Shown here: positions 1 through 11,263 of the stretch, one piece after another
How the letters are laid out: every line of letters begins with the position of its first letter
Position numbering within the stretch: position 1 is the first letter of the stretch
Assembly (NCBI GenBank): GCA_002269645.1
Contig: NIVC01001249.1
Span: 62,001 to 126,000 of the forward strand
Direction: 5' to 3'
DNA length: 64,000 nt
Origin: Macrostomum lignano
Taxonomy: Eukaryota
Translations under genes and position numbers: made by a program
The notes under the pieces: generated by a model
The model's input: the letters and a program-made list of their open reading frames with translations, nothing else
Told to the model about the DNA's origin: nothing
The model's database searches: none

Positions 1-293
1 TTAGCCTAAACCTCCTGGTAACCATTCCAGGCGGGGCTCTAGCCTCGAGAGGTCTGGTAGAAAGATCCAGGTGCGCCAGGTCACATAGAGTGGTGGCAGC
101 CACTCGGTCATATTATGACCGAGTGACCAATTATTGCACCTTGGCTACAGGTGGGGTCCATGTGGGTCCTTGGCCCTCTGGTCACAAAGCGCTACCAAAG
201 CTATCAATCATGTGGGCGGGACAGTCTGGTGCTGGAGGTCCATCAGGTCATTGCCCGGTCATAGGCAGCCTACGGTCATTGCCCCTCTAGTCA

Positions 294-1256
294 TGCGTTC
301 GTCTCTTAACGGAGCGGACAGGCGACAAGGGCGGTTACATCATGAGCACATTTCGCGATGGCTGGACGTAAAGAGAAAAACAGTGTATTCTATCAGGCGT
401 CGCTATGAAATCACGGGACGCCGGGACCGCGCACCACGGGTGGAGATCGAGCATCGAAAACTGGAAGAGCAACGCATTCAACTGCTTCTTTCATCACTGG
501 ATAGCAATCCTCTAATGACGTTGAAAGAGTTGCGAAGCAAGCTGACTGACACCTATCCAGGCCTCGAAGTGAGTACTACAACTGTAAGCCGGACCTTGGA
601 CAGACAGCTGATTACATTGAAGTGCCTTGGTCGAGACGCCGATGTGCCAGTGGTCAGGAATAGTCCTGAAAACCGGGCATGCCGACGAGAATTTGCTCAC
701 TGGCTCACTGGTGTTCCACCTGAACGTCACCTCATCTATGTTGATGAGACCGGTTTCAACATTTGCACTCGCCGGTCCCGAGGACGTGGACCGGCGAGAC
801 GTGGCCAGCAGACGTGGCCAGTAAGTCCGACGTGTTTCAAGCATTTGTCGAGGCTGTAAACATGCTGTAAACAATCGAGATGATGTAGACGATGCCGACA
901 ACTTCTTAGTCATCATTGATGGAGCTCGCTTCCATAACAGGCTGAGGATCCCCCAGCAGTTTGAGCTGAACTGGCAGGTTGCAGTACTGCCTCCATATTC
1001 TCCATTTCTGGACCCGACCGAGTGGGCGCATTCCTGTTTGAAGGCGGCCACCAAGCGGTAATTTGCGCAGCCACAGGTGCAAATCGAATTGGACAATCCA
1101 CTGCCAGAGACAACACTGCTGGAGTGGCGCGTACTCGTTCTTCATCGGATTGCGGAGGAGGCAACGGCTGAGATTACAGTAGCCAAATGCGGTGGCTGGT
1201 TTCGGCAGACGCTTCGCTTCATCACGCACTGCTTAAACGAGGAAGAAATTCTCTGA
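294..1256 (+). mobile_element. Decayed IS630/Tc1-mariner superfamily transposase (pseudogene)
   Basis: ORF 134-859 has an N-terminal HTH-like region and LIYVDETGFN (first D, 743-745). A second frame gives FLVIIDGARFH (D 918-920) and VLPPYSPFLDPTE (E 1020-1022). There is a frameshift and probable internal deletion (only 175 nt between the two Asp codons) and an in-frame TAA at 1059. TIRs not located. Confidence 0.85.
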
Positions 1257-1825
1257 ACATTGATCGGGTTTGATTTCAATCTATCCAACACTGTTTTGAG
1301 AGACACGATTGTTCTCGGCTTATACTGTATGCCATGGTTTTGCCTTTGCCTGTTTTGATTGGTTTCTCTGAAATCAAAGTGTTAATGTCAAACGTTTTTT
1401 TGATATGCCATCTATTTGTAGGCGTTATTTTAGTGAAGTTATTTGTGCTTTATTAGCAAAGCATAATTAAAATATTTCAAAAAATGAATGACTCGAGCTG
1501 TACCATTCTTACGATTTTTAGGCTTAGGACATGTACATAGGATATAAAATTAACGTAGAATTCTAGTTTTCTAAACAAAAAGCTCTACGAATATTAATCG
1601 AACTACAAAAAAGGCAAAGTCACATCGAAAGATAAAAAGATGAAAGATTTTTGTGCTGAAATAATGAAAAACTTCTACCTTGTCACATACCTGTGCGCAC
1701 TCTGCACCTTGTGAATTGGCCTTCATGAGAGAGAATTGCACATCATCTGAATTCTCTACATGCTGAAATCAGAAAAGGACCCGCAGATTATGCAATTAAT
1801 TGATAAAGCCATCGAGCCAGCTCAC

Positions 1826-2143
1826 ATCGAACAACGTGTTCGCCAGTGACGCCTCTAAAGTGTGCTCCGACAAGAGCAGCGCCAGGTCGAACGGCATGTA
1901 GCCACAGGTGGCCAGGCAGTAGTTGACGTGGGCCAGCTGCATCAGGATGAGGCCGACGTCGAACACCTCCCGGTTGCGCAGGTACTTGCGGACCAGCAGC
2001 GTCAGCGACAGGCAGCTGAGCAGCAGGCCGGCGGCGGCCGCGGGAATGGTGACGGCCCGCACTGCGATGTACAGCCTGCTGTACCCGGGACCCGTGGCGT
2101 TGCTGGCCTCGGGGCTGTCGGTGATATCGACGCCTTCAGACAT
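1826..2143 (-). CDS. Orphan rhodopsin-like GPCR copy A, exon 1 (N-terminus, TM1-TM2); exon 2 not in window
   Basis: MSEGVDITDSPEASNATGPGYSRLYIAVRAVTIPAAAAGLLLSCLSLTLLVRKY...ANTLFD, near-identical to exon 1 of copies B and C. Donor GAT|GTGAGC at 1825. Exon 2 would lie left of position 1 or be lost. Confidence 0.75.
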
Positions 2144-2747
2144 TACAGGCTTCAGGACTATTCATGCAGACTAAACTGCTGGTGTAAGATGTCTCAGTAG
2201 GAGCTGGCATTTCAAAGCTTCCATCACCTGTAGGTCTCTTTTGATTGGCCAATTTTCCTGCTTTGTCTTTGCTTCATTGGACAGCGTTGCATTCGGAAGA
2301 TTTCTAAGATAAGTCGTGGCTAAGAAAATATCCTCACAGGAAATCAAATTTCATGCAAAGTCTCTGATTAAAATTATAAGGGTAGACGGATAAAATAATT
2401 GTTGCCTGAAGCGGAAAGCTGAGATGAGTCAATGAAGCCTTTAAAAAGTGAGCATTCTAGGTGGGAAATAAACAAGATTAACGATAGTCTTGAATCTTCA
2501 TTCAACAAAGCAAAATGTGTTTCAGATGGCTCTAATGCTGTTTAATGCTTTTAAAGAAACCATTTTCCAATCTTCACGTAGAGCACCTTAACGTCCATAA
2601 TTTACACCAGATGATTTATTCTAAGTCAAGTCACGTTAAACGAACGCATTGTAAAAATTGTATCAAGATCAGGTTTCTGATGCTTCTCGAAAATTGAAGT
2701 GGAAAATCTTTGGAAAGTATCATTTTTGCGGTGGGAGTCTTCTGACA

Positions 2748-3095
2748 ACCCTGACAATTTGTTTTGCTGTTCCGGAACGGAGCAACGCAGGCACACGAAA
2801 TTCAAGAACACGGGCTAACTTTTTGTTGCGCACCTTCTCAAACAAGAATCAAGTCGCCAGCCCTCCGGACCGTCGAGATATTCAACTATTCTGCCAGAAG
2901 GTCGGATTTCCCCCATAAGCTCTAGTGTATTCAGTGCACCCCTGTGCGCCAATCAGCACTGCGCCTCACTGCAGCCTTGCTAAGACTCCAAATTTCATCA
3001 GCACATTGACCGCATGTGTCTGCATCAGCTCTGACTTTTTTTGGTCATTGGACTTCACCCAGGCGGAGCTTCTGGACCTTCTGGCACTGGCTAAA
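2748..3095. mobile_element. Truncated copy of the 44927-45612 TIR element (one end only)
   Basis: TIR sequence plus the internal tgcacccctgtgcgccaatcagc...ttctggacctt segment matches 45612-45290 in reverse. Confidence 0.65.
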
Positions 3096-3141
3096 AAGGG
3101 ATTATTGCACTAGCTGAGAAAGGAAGCTTTCTCGAGGGAAT

Positions 3142-3442
3142 TACTGAGATGTCAAGGTTTACTGGGGATTGCTGAGATGTCAAGGCTTAGTGGGGGATTG
3201 CTGAGATGTCAAGGCTTACTGGGGATTGCTGAGATGTCAAGGCTTACTGGGGGATTGCTGGGATGTCAAGGCTTAGTGGGGGATTGCTGGGATGTCAAGG
3301 CTTAGTGGGGGATTGCTAAGATGTCAAGGCTTACTGGGGATTGCTGAGATGTCAAGGCTTAGTGGGGGATTGCTAAGATGTCAAGGCTCGAGTTGAATTG
3401 CGTAGATGTCAAGGCTTACTGTGGATTGCTGAGGTGTCAAGG
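3142..3442. repeat. 28-29-bp minisatellite (about 10 copies)
   Basis: Unit gctgagatgtcaaggcttactggggatt. Confidence 0.9.
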
Positions 3443-3962
3443 CAAATAGATTTCACATAAACAATGTTTTGTCCCTTGCTAATTGGGCGCCCCGAAGGGG
3501 GCACTAGATTACTGGTTTAAACTATGTACAGATACGAAGTGCACTTTTGATCTAGCAAAAATTGATGTTAGCAAGTCTGGAAAGGCAACATGGGAAGCAG
3601 CGACAGGAATCAAAAGTCAACAGGATCAACAGGTCTAAGCACAGTTTGAGGGACTCAATGGTAGGTTTGACGGAAATGGAAGCATTGAGAGCAATAATTC
3701 CGTAAGAAAATCATAGCTTTTATGCCTTAATTATAGAAATAAATGTATGCTCACTAAGACAAGTCGTCACCAAGTGAAGGAGCCTTTTATACCAGTAGGT
3801 GACGCTAGCCCTGCACTGGCCTTCAGGCGGCGGACAACATTTGAAAACCAGAGATTTTATTCAGCTTTCAAATGAGATGAAGCATTCAAGAATCGACTGC
3901 GCCATTTAACAACTGTTGAGAGAAATGTGGCAAAAAAATTCATTTCTCAAAAAAATAATATC

Positions 3963-4790
3963 TCCTTGACCAGTGTCACCCACAGGTAGGTACAGAGGGC
4001 TCCTTTACCAGCGTCGACTACAGGTATGGAGGGCTCATTGACCAATGTCGCCTACAGGTATAGAGGGCTCCTTGACCAGTGTCGCCTACAGGTATAGAGG
4101 GCTCCTTGACCAGTGTCGCCTACAGGTATAGAGAGCTCCTTGACCAGTGTCGCCTACAGGTATAGAGGGCTCCTTGACCAGTGTCGCCTACAGGTATAGA
4201 GGGCTCATTGACCAGTGTCACCTACAGGTTTAGAGGGCTCCTTGACCAATGTCACCTACAGGTATAGAGGGCTCATTGACCAGTGTCGCCTACAGGTATA
4301 GAGGGCTCCTTTACCAGTGTCGCCTACAGGTATAGAGGGCTCCTTGACCAGTGTCACCTACAGGTATAGAGGGCTCCTTGACCAATGTCGCCTACAGGTA
4401 TAGAGAGCTCCTTGACCAGTGTCACCTACAGGTTTAGAGGGCTCCTTGACCAATGTCGCCTACAGGTATAGAGAGCTCCTTGACCAATGTCGCCTACAGG
4501 TATAGAGGGCTCATTGACCAGTGTCGCCTACAGGTATAGAGAGCTCCTTGACCAATGTCGCCTACAGGTATAGAGAGCTCCTTGACCAATGTCGCCTACA
4601 GGTATAGAGGGCTCTTGACCAGTGTCGCCTACAGGTATAGAGGGCTCCTTGACCAGTGTCACCTACAGGTTTAGAGGGCTCCTTGACCAGTGTCACCTAC
4701 AGGTATAGAGGGCTTCTTGACCAGTGTCACCTACAGGTATAGAGGGCTCCTTGACCAGTGTCACCTACAGGTATAGAGGGCTCCTTGACC
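3963..4790. repeat. 34-bp minisatellite (about 24 copies)
   Basis: Unit ccttgaccagtgtcgcctacaggtatagagggct. Confidence 0.95.
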
Positions 4791-5469
4791 AAGTACTTCC
4801 ACACTAGAAGCATAGAAAGCTTCGGTCAAGGGAAATCAGACTATGAAATTTAATTTTTTAGATAAAAAAAAACAGGAACTTACCGAATCTCCGCTCTCTA
4901 GTAGCATTGATAAATAAATTAAAGACTTCAATTAGTTGAGATACTGAGGATTTAGCGATACAACTAGGAGAAACTACAAATCTCGCTAGTGATGCATTTT
5001 ACATCGAAAATCTGCGTTCTTTCTACGTTCTTAAGTTTTCAATGACTTGAAGACGTGTTTGCTAAATAGCTGAGGACAGATTGAGGGCAGACTGCATTAG
5101 TTGAATTGGGACTGCTTTTGCATCTTAGCTAATGACCGAGAATCTTAAAACTTTTGACTTGCACAAAGGCACGCGACAGCCCAATTCCTCGCTAACGTAA
5201 TTATCTACTCAGTGTCGGCTGCTTCCTTTGTCTGTTGGGCTTAACAGAGTTTCATGCAGGGTAAATGCACAATTTTGAGCACTTATTGGAAGTCGAACTT
5301 CATAAGAAAGCTACAGATCTTTTTGAACTCTTTTTCATGATGAGTCATCCTTGCCACCGGGTGTTTTATTGCAATCGTCCATTATGTCATTGTGTCTTTG
5401 TTCGCTTCTACGAAATCCAAAATTGAGATTCGAAACCACGTCAGGCCCTGCAGTTCGAGGGCCCTATAT

Positions 5470-5732
5470 CAGGGGTCGGCAAACGTTTTTACCCTTAAGG
5501 GCCAGATGAGAGTGGAATGGAGATGAGATAAGATGGGAGAAAAGAGAGAGGGCAGAGAAGACAAGAGAGGGGAGAGGGGAAAGAGAAGAGGGGAGAGAAG
5601 AGAAAGAGCTGAGAAGAGGCAAAAACCTTGAGCGGGCCGGATCGCTTGTGAAGTTTCAAAGGACCCGAGGGTCGGATAGAGGGGCTTCGAAAGCGGCATG
5701 TGGTCCGCGGGTCGGAGTTTTGCCCACTACTG
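5470..5732 (+). mobile_element. hAT-type MITE with internal GA-rich tract
   Basis: Termini CAGGGGTCGGCAAAC ... GTTTTGCCCACTACTG, internal GGGCCGGA motifs. Relatives at about 27862-28890, 37766-38022 and 41531-42131. No clean 8-bp TSD. Confidence 0.7.
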
Positions 5733-5759
5733 CATGATCGCCAGGGGAGGAGGAAGCAG

Positions 5760-5954
5760 GACAATTGACTGCCGCAAATTGGCTGCAGACTATTTAGGTT
5801 ACGATTCGGATTTAGGTTTGGGTTTCTAGGACATGGTTAAGGCTAGGGTTAATTTAGGGTTATGGTTTGGGTAGGGTTGGGTTCGGCAATCGCTTCGCGC
5901 AATCAAACTGTTGGTAGTTGATTTGTGCCAGTGAAATTGCGGCAGTTAATGGTC
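5760..5954. mobile_element. Small TIR element enclosing degenerate telomere-like (TTAGGG-like) sequence
   Basis: GACAATTGACTGCCGC ... GCGGCAGTTAATGGTC (14/16 inverted match), with an internal ttaggtt/tagggtt/ggtttggg patch at about 5810-5885. Confidence 0.6.
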
Positions 5955-8043
5955 GAAGATCCGCCACAGGGAGGTGGTGTTCCAGGCGACGGTCGAGAAT
6001 AGAAGATTGACGCGGCGCACACAATCGAGCAACGTGCGTGTCACCAGAGGCCTGTCTGGTCTGTTCCGCACTCCCTCCCCCGGCAACTCCAGCGCCCCGG
6101 ATTCGGTCGGTGGCGAGGCCTACGAGGCGGGCCCGGGCCCTGTGACGCTGCTGTCGTCGTTCAAGTCAAGACCTAACAGCTAGTCTGAACTGCAGAGGCT
6201 CACCTCTGGATACACATTCAAAGTGTTCTGATTCAAACTATCAGTGCGTAACCTTTTGCATATACTACGCTCGTACTATCTGATATAAGACCCAGTTCTG
6301 CCGCTGGCCAACCCACTGTCGCACTAACGCACAGGCTCTGGTGACAAATGGTAGATTGTATAGAATTTTTACCCAGCCACCGATCAGTTTAACACACTTT
6401 TGAGCGGCAATTATTTCATAATCATATATGCATAATCAATGTATGATGTACGAGTACATTGATTATGCATAGCGAGGGTCAGTTGAACTGACAATCAGAT
6501 AAGATAATAGGCGAGTCTATAACTTAGTCATAAATTTTTATTTGCCGGTGGAGTCGCTGAATGGTGTGTAACAATGGCCGTTTTGACTTTTCATTGTGCC
6601 TGGGTAAAATTTCGTTACAATGCCCTAATTGAACCCGAAAGAACAGAGGCAGGACGACAATTACAGTTGCTGGCACTTCGCCGCTCACTATGACTAATCG
6701 TCCTCGTATATTTTCTTTTGGAGTAGCGAGAGCAGGGGGAGCGTCGCATACAGAAAAACACGAGCTTGTGGCAGCAGTCTTCTGCGGAACTCCATTCGCA
6801 AGCAGGATGTCCCCAAGAGTTCATCAACCAGCTCCAGTTAATCAAGATGCCACGACAAGTTTGCATGCTCGTGGTTTCTACTCCTACACACGATACTGAA
6901 ACAAGGACTACTGGACTTGAAGGACGCAACACTTGCATATCGAGAAAAATACTTAAAGGCCGATTATTAAAATGTCTGCATCTCCGAATCAACTGCATGT
7001 AGAAGGTTGTTGAGACTTTTCTCCCCTACCAAGCAAGTAACTAATTTGGGTGCAAATGGATGTGGGTGCAAGAAAAATCCTGCACAATGGAGATACCCTA
7101 TATTTTGGTGCATTTGGTAGTCAAGTCTTCATGCTTAGAAAGCAAAAAATAAAGCAGCCGAGAATCTTTGGCGCAATTTTTTGTGAATACGCTTGTAGAT
7201 TCGTTATCAGTAAATTGGTTCTGAAAATATATCGAATAGGATCCCGGAATCCTTGGATTTTGATTTGGCCTAATTCCCGTGATTTATAAACCCGGGATTC
7301 GAAAATCCCGGGATGGACCATCGGGATCCCGATCCCGCTTTTCAATAATTCAATAATTCATTCTCCAGTAGTAGTATCTGCAGCTGAGCTACTTGTCAGG
7401 TGAAAATCATAACCCAGTTGTCCTACTTTGATTTCTTAATCTTTAAAGCATGCAGGCTAGTGAGTAGAAGGCTAGGGCTGCAGGGATGCAAAACAGAAGC
7501 TGTTAGCAGGTCGTAAGGGTGTTTAAGGTGTAATAATTTAGAACTAATTTAAGCAGTCCCTACCTTCAAAACTCCTTGGCCGTAGTTGGGATTAGAACAG
7601 TAGGACATTGCTATCGGACCACAACCTGTTAAAATCAGGTTAAATGGCTTCGTAAACCAAAATTGGACCAACAAAGATTAGAAAGCTTTTCAATCCTGGG
7701 ATCCCGGGATTGGCAAAGTCCGGATTCCCTAATATCGAAGCCTAGAGATAATTTACGGGACCCGAACACCTTCTAGTTGGTAAAAAGTAGTTTAAAAACT
7801 GTAATAACCTAATATTAAGCCTAAACAAAAAATACACTAAAATGTATCAAATGTATGTTTCTGGTTACATACTGCAAACTTTCTGAATGAAATAGCCTTA
7901 GTCTACTACGAGTACAAAAGCGCATATTATGTTGAAAATCATGCAATTTACGAGTATCTATCTCTTTGATGTATACGACAACAAAATCTGCCTTCAACTC
8001 TGTTTAAACGAATCGAGGGTATAATGTTCTTCTATGCATTCAA

Positions 8044-8160
8044 GGCTCGTTCACACCACCATCAAATAAGGCCAAATTTCGTAGGATCAACGAAAATTCT
8101 ACATCAAATTTGATTCCTCTGTACATTGGTCGTGTGATTTGATGGCGGTGTGAATGAGCC
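8044..8160. mobile_element. 117-bp MITE with 24-bp TIRs and 4-bp TSD (TCAA)
   Basis: GGCTCGTTCACACCACCATCAAAT ... ATTTGATGGCGGTGTGAATGAGCC (22/24 match), flanked by TCAA at 8040-8043 and 8161-8164. Confidence 0.75.
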
Positions 8161-8340
8161 TCAAGACATTGTTAAGCTTTTGTGTCGCGTGATAGGATCG
8201 GTTGGGGTGTTGTTATCTGTTGCTGAGTTCATGCCAAGTTTAATTGGTGCAGCTCGCTAAGTCGAGGGTACAGACAGATAGCCACGGGGAGGTGACCGTG
8301 CCACTAATCGGCTGCAGCCACGCAGAACACAATGGGGGAG

Positions 8341-9337
8341 GAGGTAGAAAACTAGGCTGACAGTGGACAAGGAGACAACCAATAACAGCACGGCGAGGGG
8401 GTAGAAAACTAGGCTGACAGTGACAAGGAGACAACCAATAACAGCACGGCGAGGGGGTAGAAAACTAGGCTGACAGTGACAAGGAGACAACCAATAACAG
8501 CACGGCGAGGGGGTAGAAAACTAGGCTGACAGTGACAAGGAGACAACCAATAACAGCACGGCGAGGGGGTAGAAAACTAGGCTGACAGTGACAAGGAGAC
8601 AACCAATAACAGCACGGCGAGGGGGTAGAAAACTAGGCTGACAGTGGATAAGGAGACAACCAATAACAGCACGGCGAGGGGGTAGAAAACTAGGCTGACA
8701 GTGACAAGGAGACAACCAATAACAGCACGGCGAGGGGGTAGAAAACTAGGCTGACAGTGACAAGGAGACAACCAATAACAGCACGGCGAGGGGGTAGAAA
8801 ACTAGGCTGACAGTGGACAAGGAGACAACCAATAACAGCACGGCGAGGGGGTAGAAAACTAGGCTGACAGTGGACAAGGAGACAACCAATAACAGCACGG
8901 CGAGGGGGTAGAAAACTAGGCTGACAGTGACAAGGAGACAACCAATAACAGCACGGCGAGGGGGTAGAAAACTAGGCTGACAGTGGACAAGGAGACAACC
9001 AATAACAGCACGGCGAGGGGGTAGAAAACTAGGCTGACAGGAGACAAGGAGACAACCAATAACAGCACGGCGAGGGGGTAGAAAACTAGGCTGACAGTGG
9101 ACAAGGAGACAACCAATAACAGCACGGCGAGGGGGTAGAAAACTAGGCTGACAGGAGACAAGGAGACAACCAATAACAGCACGGCGAAGGGGTAGAAAAC
9201 TAGGCTGACAGGGACAAGGAGACAACCAATAACAGCACGGCGAGGGGGTAGAAAACTAGGCTGACAGGGACAAGGAGACAACCAATAACAGCACGGCGAG
9301 GGGGTAGAAAACTAGGCTGACAGGGGACAAGGAGACA
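8341..9337. repeat. 56-57-bp minisatellite (about 17 copies)
   Basis: Unit ctaggctgacagtgacaaggagacaaccaataacagcacggcgagggggtagaaaa. Confidence 0.95.
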
Positions 9338-10511
9338 ACTAATGACAAGGGGGTGACAGAATGAATCAATAGCAATGGATAAATAAATCAATAAATATAT
9401 CAATTAGGTCCAATGCAGCGACACGAAAATGTACTAAAGTACATTTTGCTAAATAAAACACAGCTATCAGTAAATTGCAGCTATGGAGGTGGGTAGGGTC
9501 ACAGAGAGGGGGGAGCTACGAAGCAAGAAGCCAATCAAAGTGGGTTAAAGATAAAACCAAATATTAATTGGTGCGGTTAAAATAGAGTACGTGCCAATAT
9601 AATAAATAGATCACATCAATATAATAAATAGTTTTTATTCTTTTGTCTTTTACAGCGAATTATGGGCATAAAAAACCATTGAGTGCAAAATCACGATTAG
9701 AAACGACACATTTATGCAGTTTTTCAATGAGCTGCAAACTTTGAAAACTTGGTCTTGAATACAACTTTAATCTAAAATAATAATAACACCGATAATATAA
9801 GTGTAGATTGGCTGGCCAATCGCTGTTAGCGGGGCCGGGGGGCTTGTCGTCGCCCGTGTTTGGGGGTGCTTGGTCCGGGGGTGGGTGCGCCGCCCCCGGG
9901 GCGGGGGTGGGTGTCTGTGGGGCCTTTTTAGCCCCGTGCGTTGTGCCCGCCTCAGCCTATCTCTCCTCGCCAGCTTGCATGCATTTTTTTCTGCTTTTAG
10001 CCCTCTTTCTCGCAATTCCTGCAACTTATTTTTTTCCTTTCGCTTCGTTTACCTTTTACTCTTCCAAATAGTTTTTTCGAATGCTTTCCAAATATACTCG
10101 TGTCTCTTAAGTTGCCCATACAGGGCGGTAGGATGTTTTGCTCGTGCTCTCCAATCCTTGCGTTTGCTCTCTCCCTCCGGCCGTTCCGCTAATAATAAAA
10201 TAGACTTTCTAACCTGGTTCAGCGTTCTCTTTTGACAAAGCCGCCAAACACCAGTAGCTGGACTTCACAGGTGCAGCGAATTTTCACGGGGACTGTCGAG
10301 TCTTAAGCATACCGGGCACACGGGTACAATAAAACAGCAAGGAAAATGAAGCCAAAACAGGCTGTACTGCTACATAAGCATTGTTGCTATGCTTTGGAAC
10401 TTTGCTGACAGGTGCTTTAGTAACGGGGTTAAAAACGAGGCTGGAGGATAAGGATAAACCATTAAAAATGACAAAAAGCGTGAAAATGAAGCTCTTGCTT
10501 CGAAATTATCT

Positions 10512-10948
<437 letters not shown>

Positions 10949-11263
10949 CATTGGATCAGTTGTCAACTTGACTGACGAAAGCAATTGTGTTTTCAACGAA
11001 ACTTGCAACAGCATGACCACATCTGCACTTTAAAGGCTAACTCACGCGTCATCAATCGTACCAAAAACAAGATCGGTCGAGAACATTTGTCGCGTAAAGC
11101 GCATTTCGTTCACTTCGAATGGCTGTGTGCGGGAGCACTGAGGCTGTTCCAGTAAAATACCCTTCGAACGTATTGAAGAAAATCATCGTTCAATCTAGAT
11201 CAGGGCGAAACTAAAGTTGACAAGTCAGACAACTTTAACTAATTATATATTATAATTCAAGCA

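Noticed and set aside
7238-7770. CCCGGGAT-rich palindromic patches as a defined transposon
   Set aside because: Ends and TSD could not be delimited; probably MITE debris.
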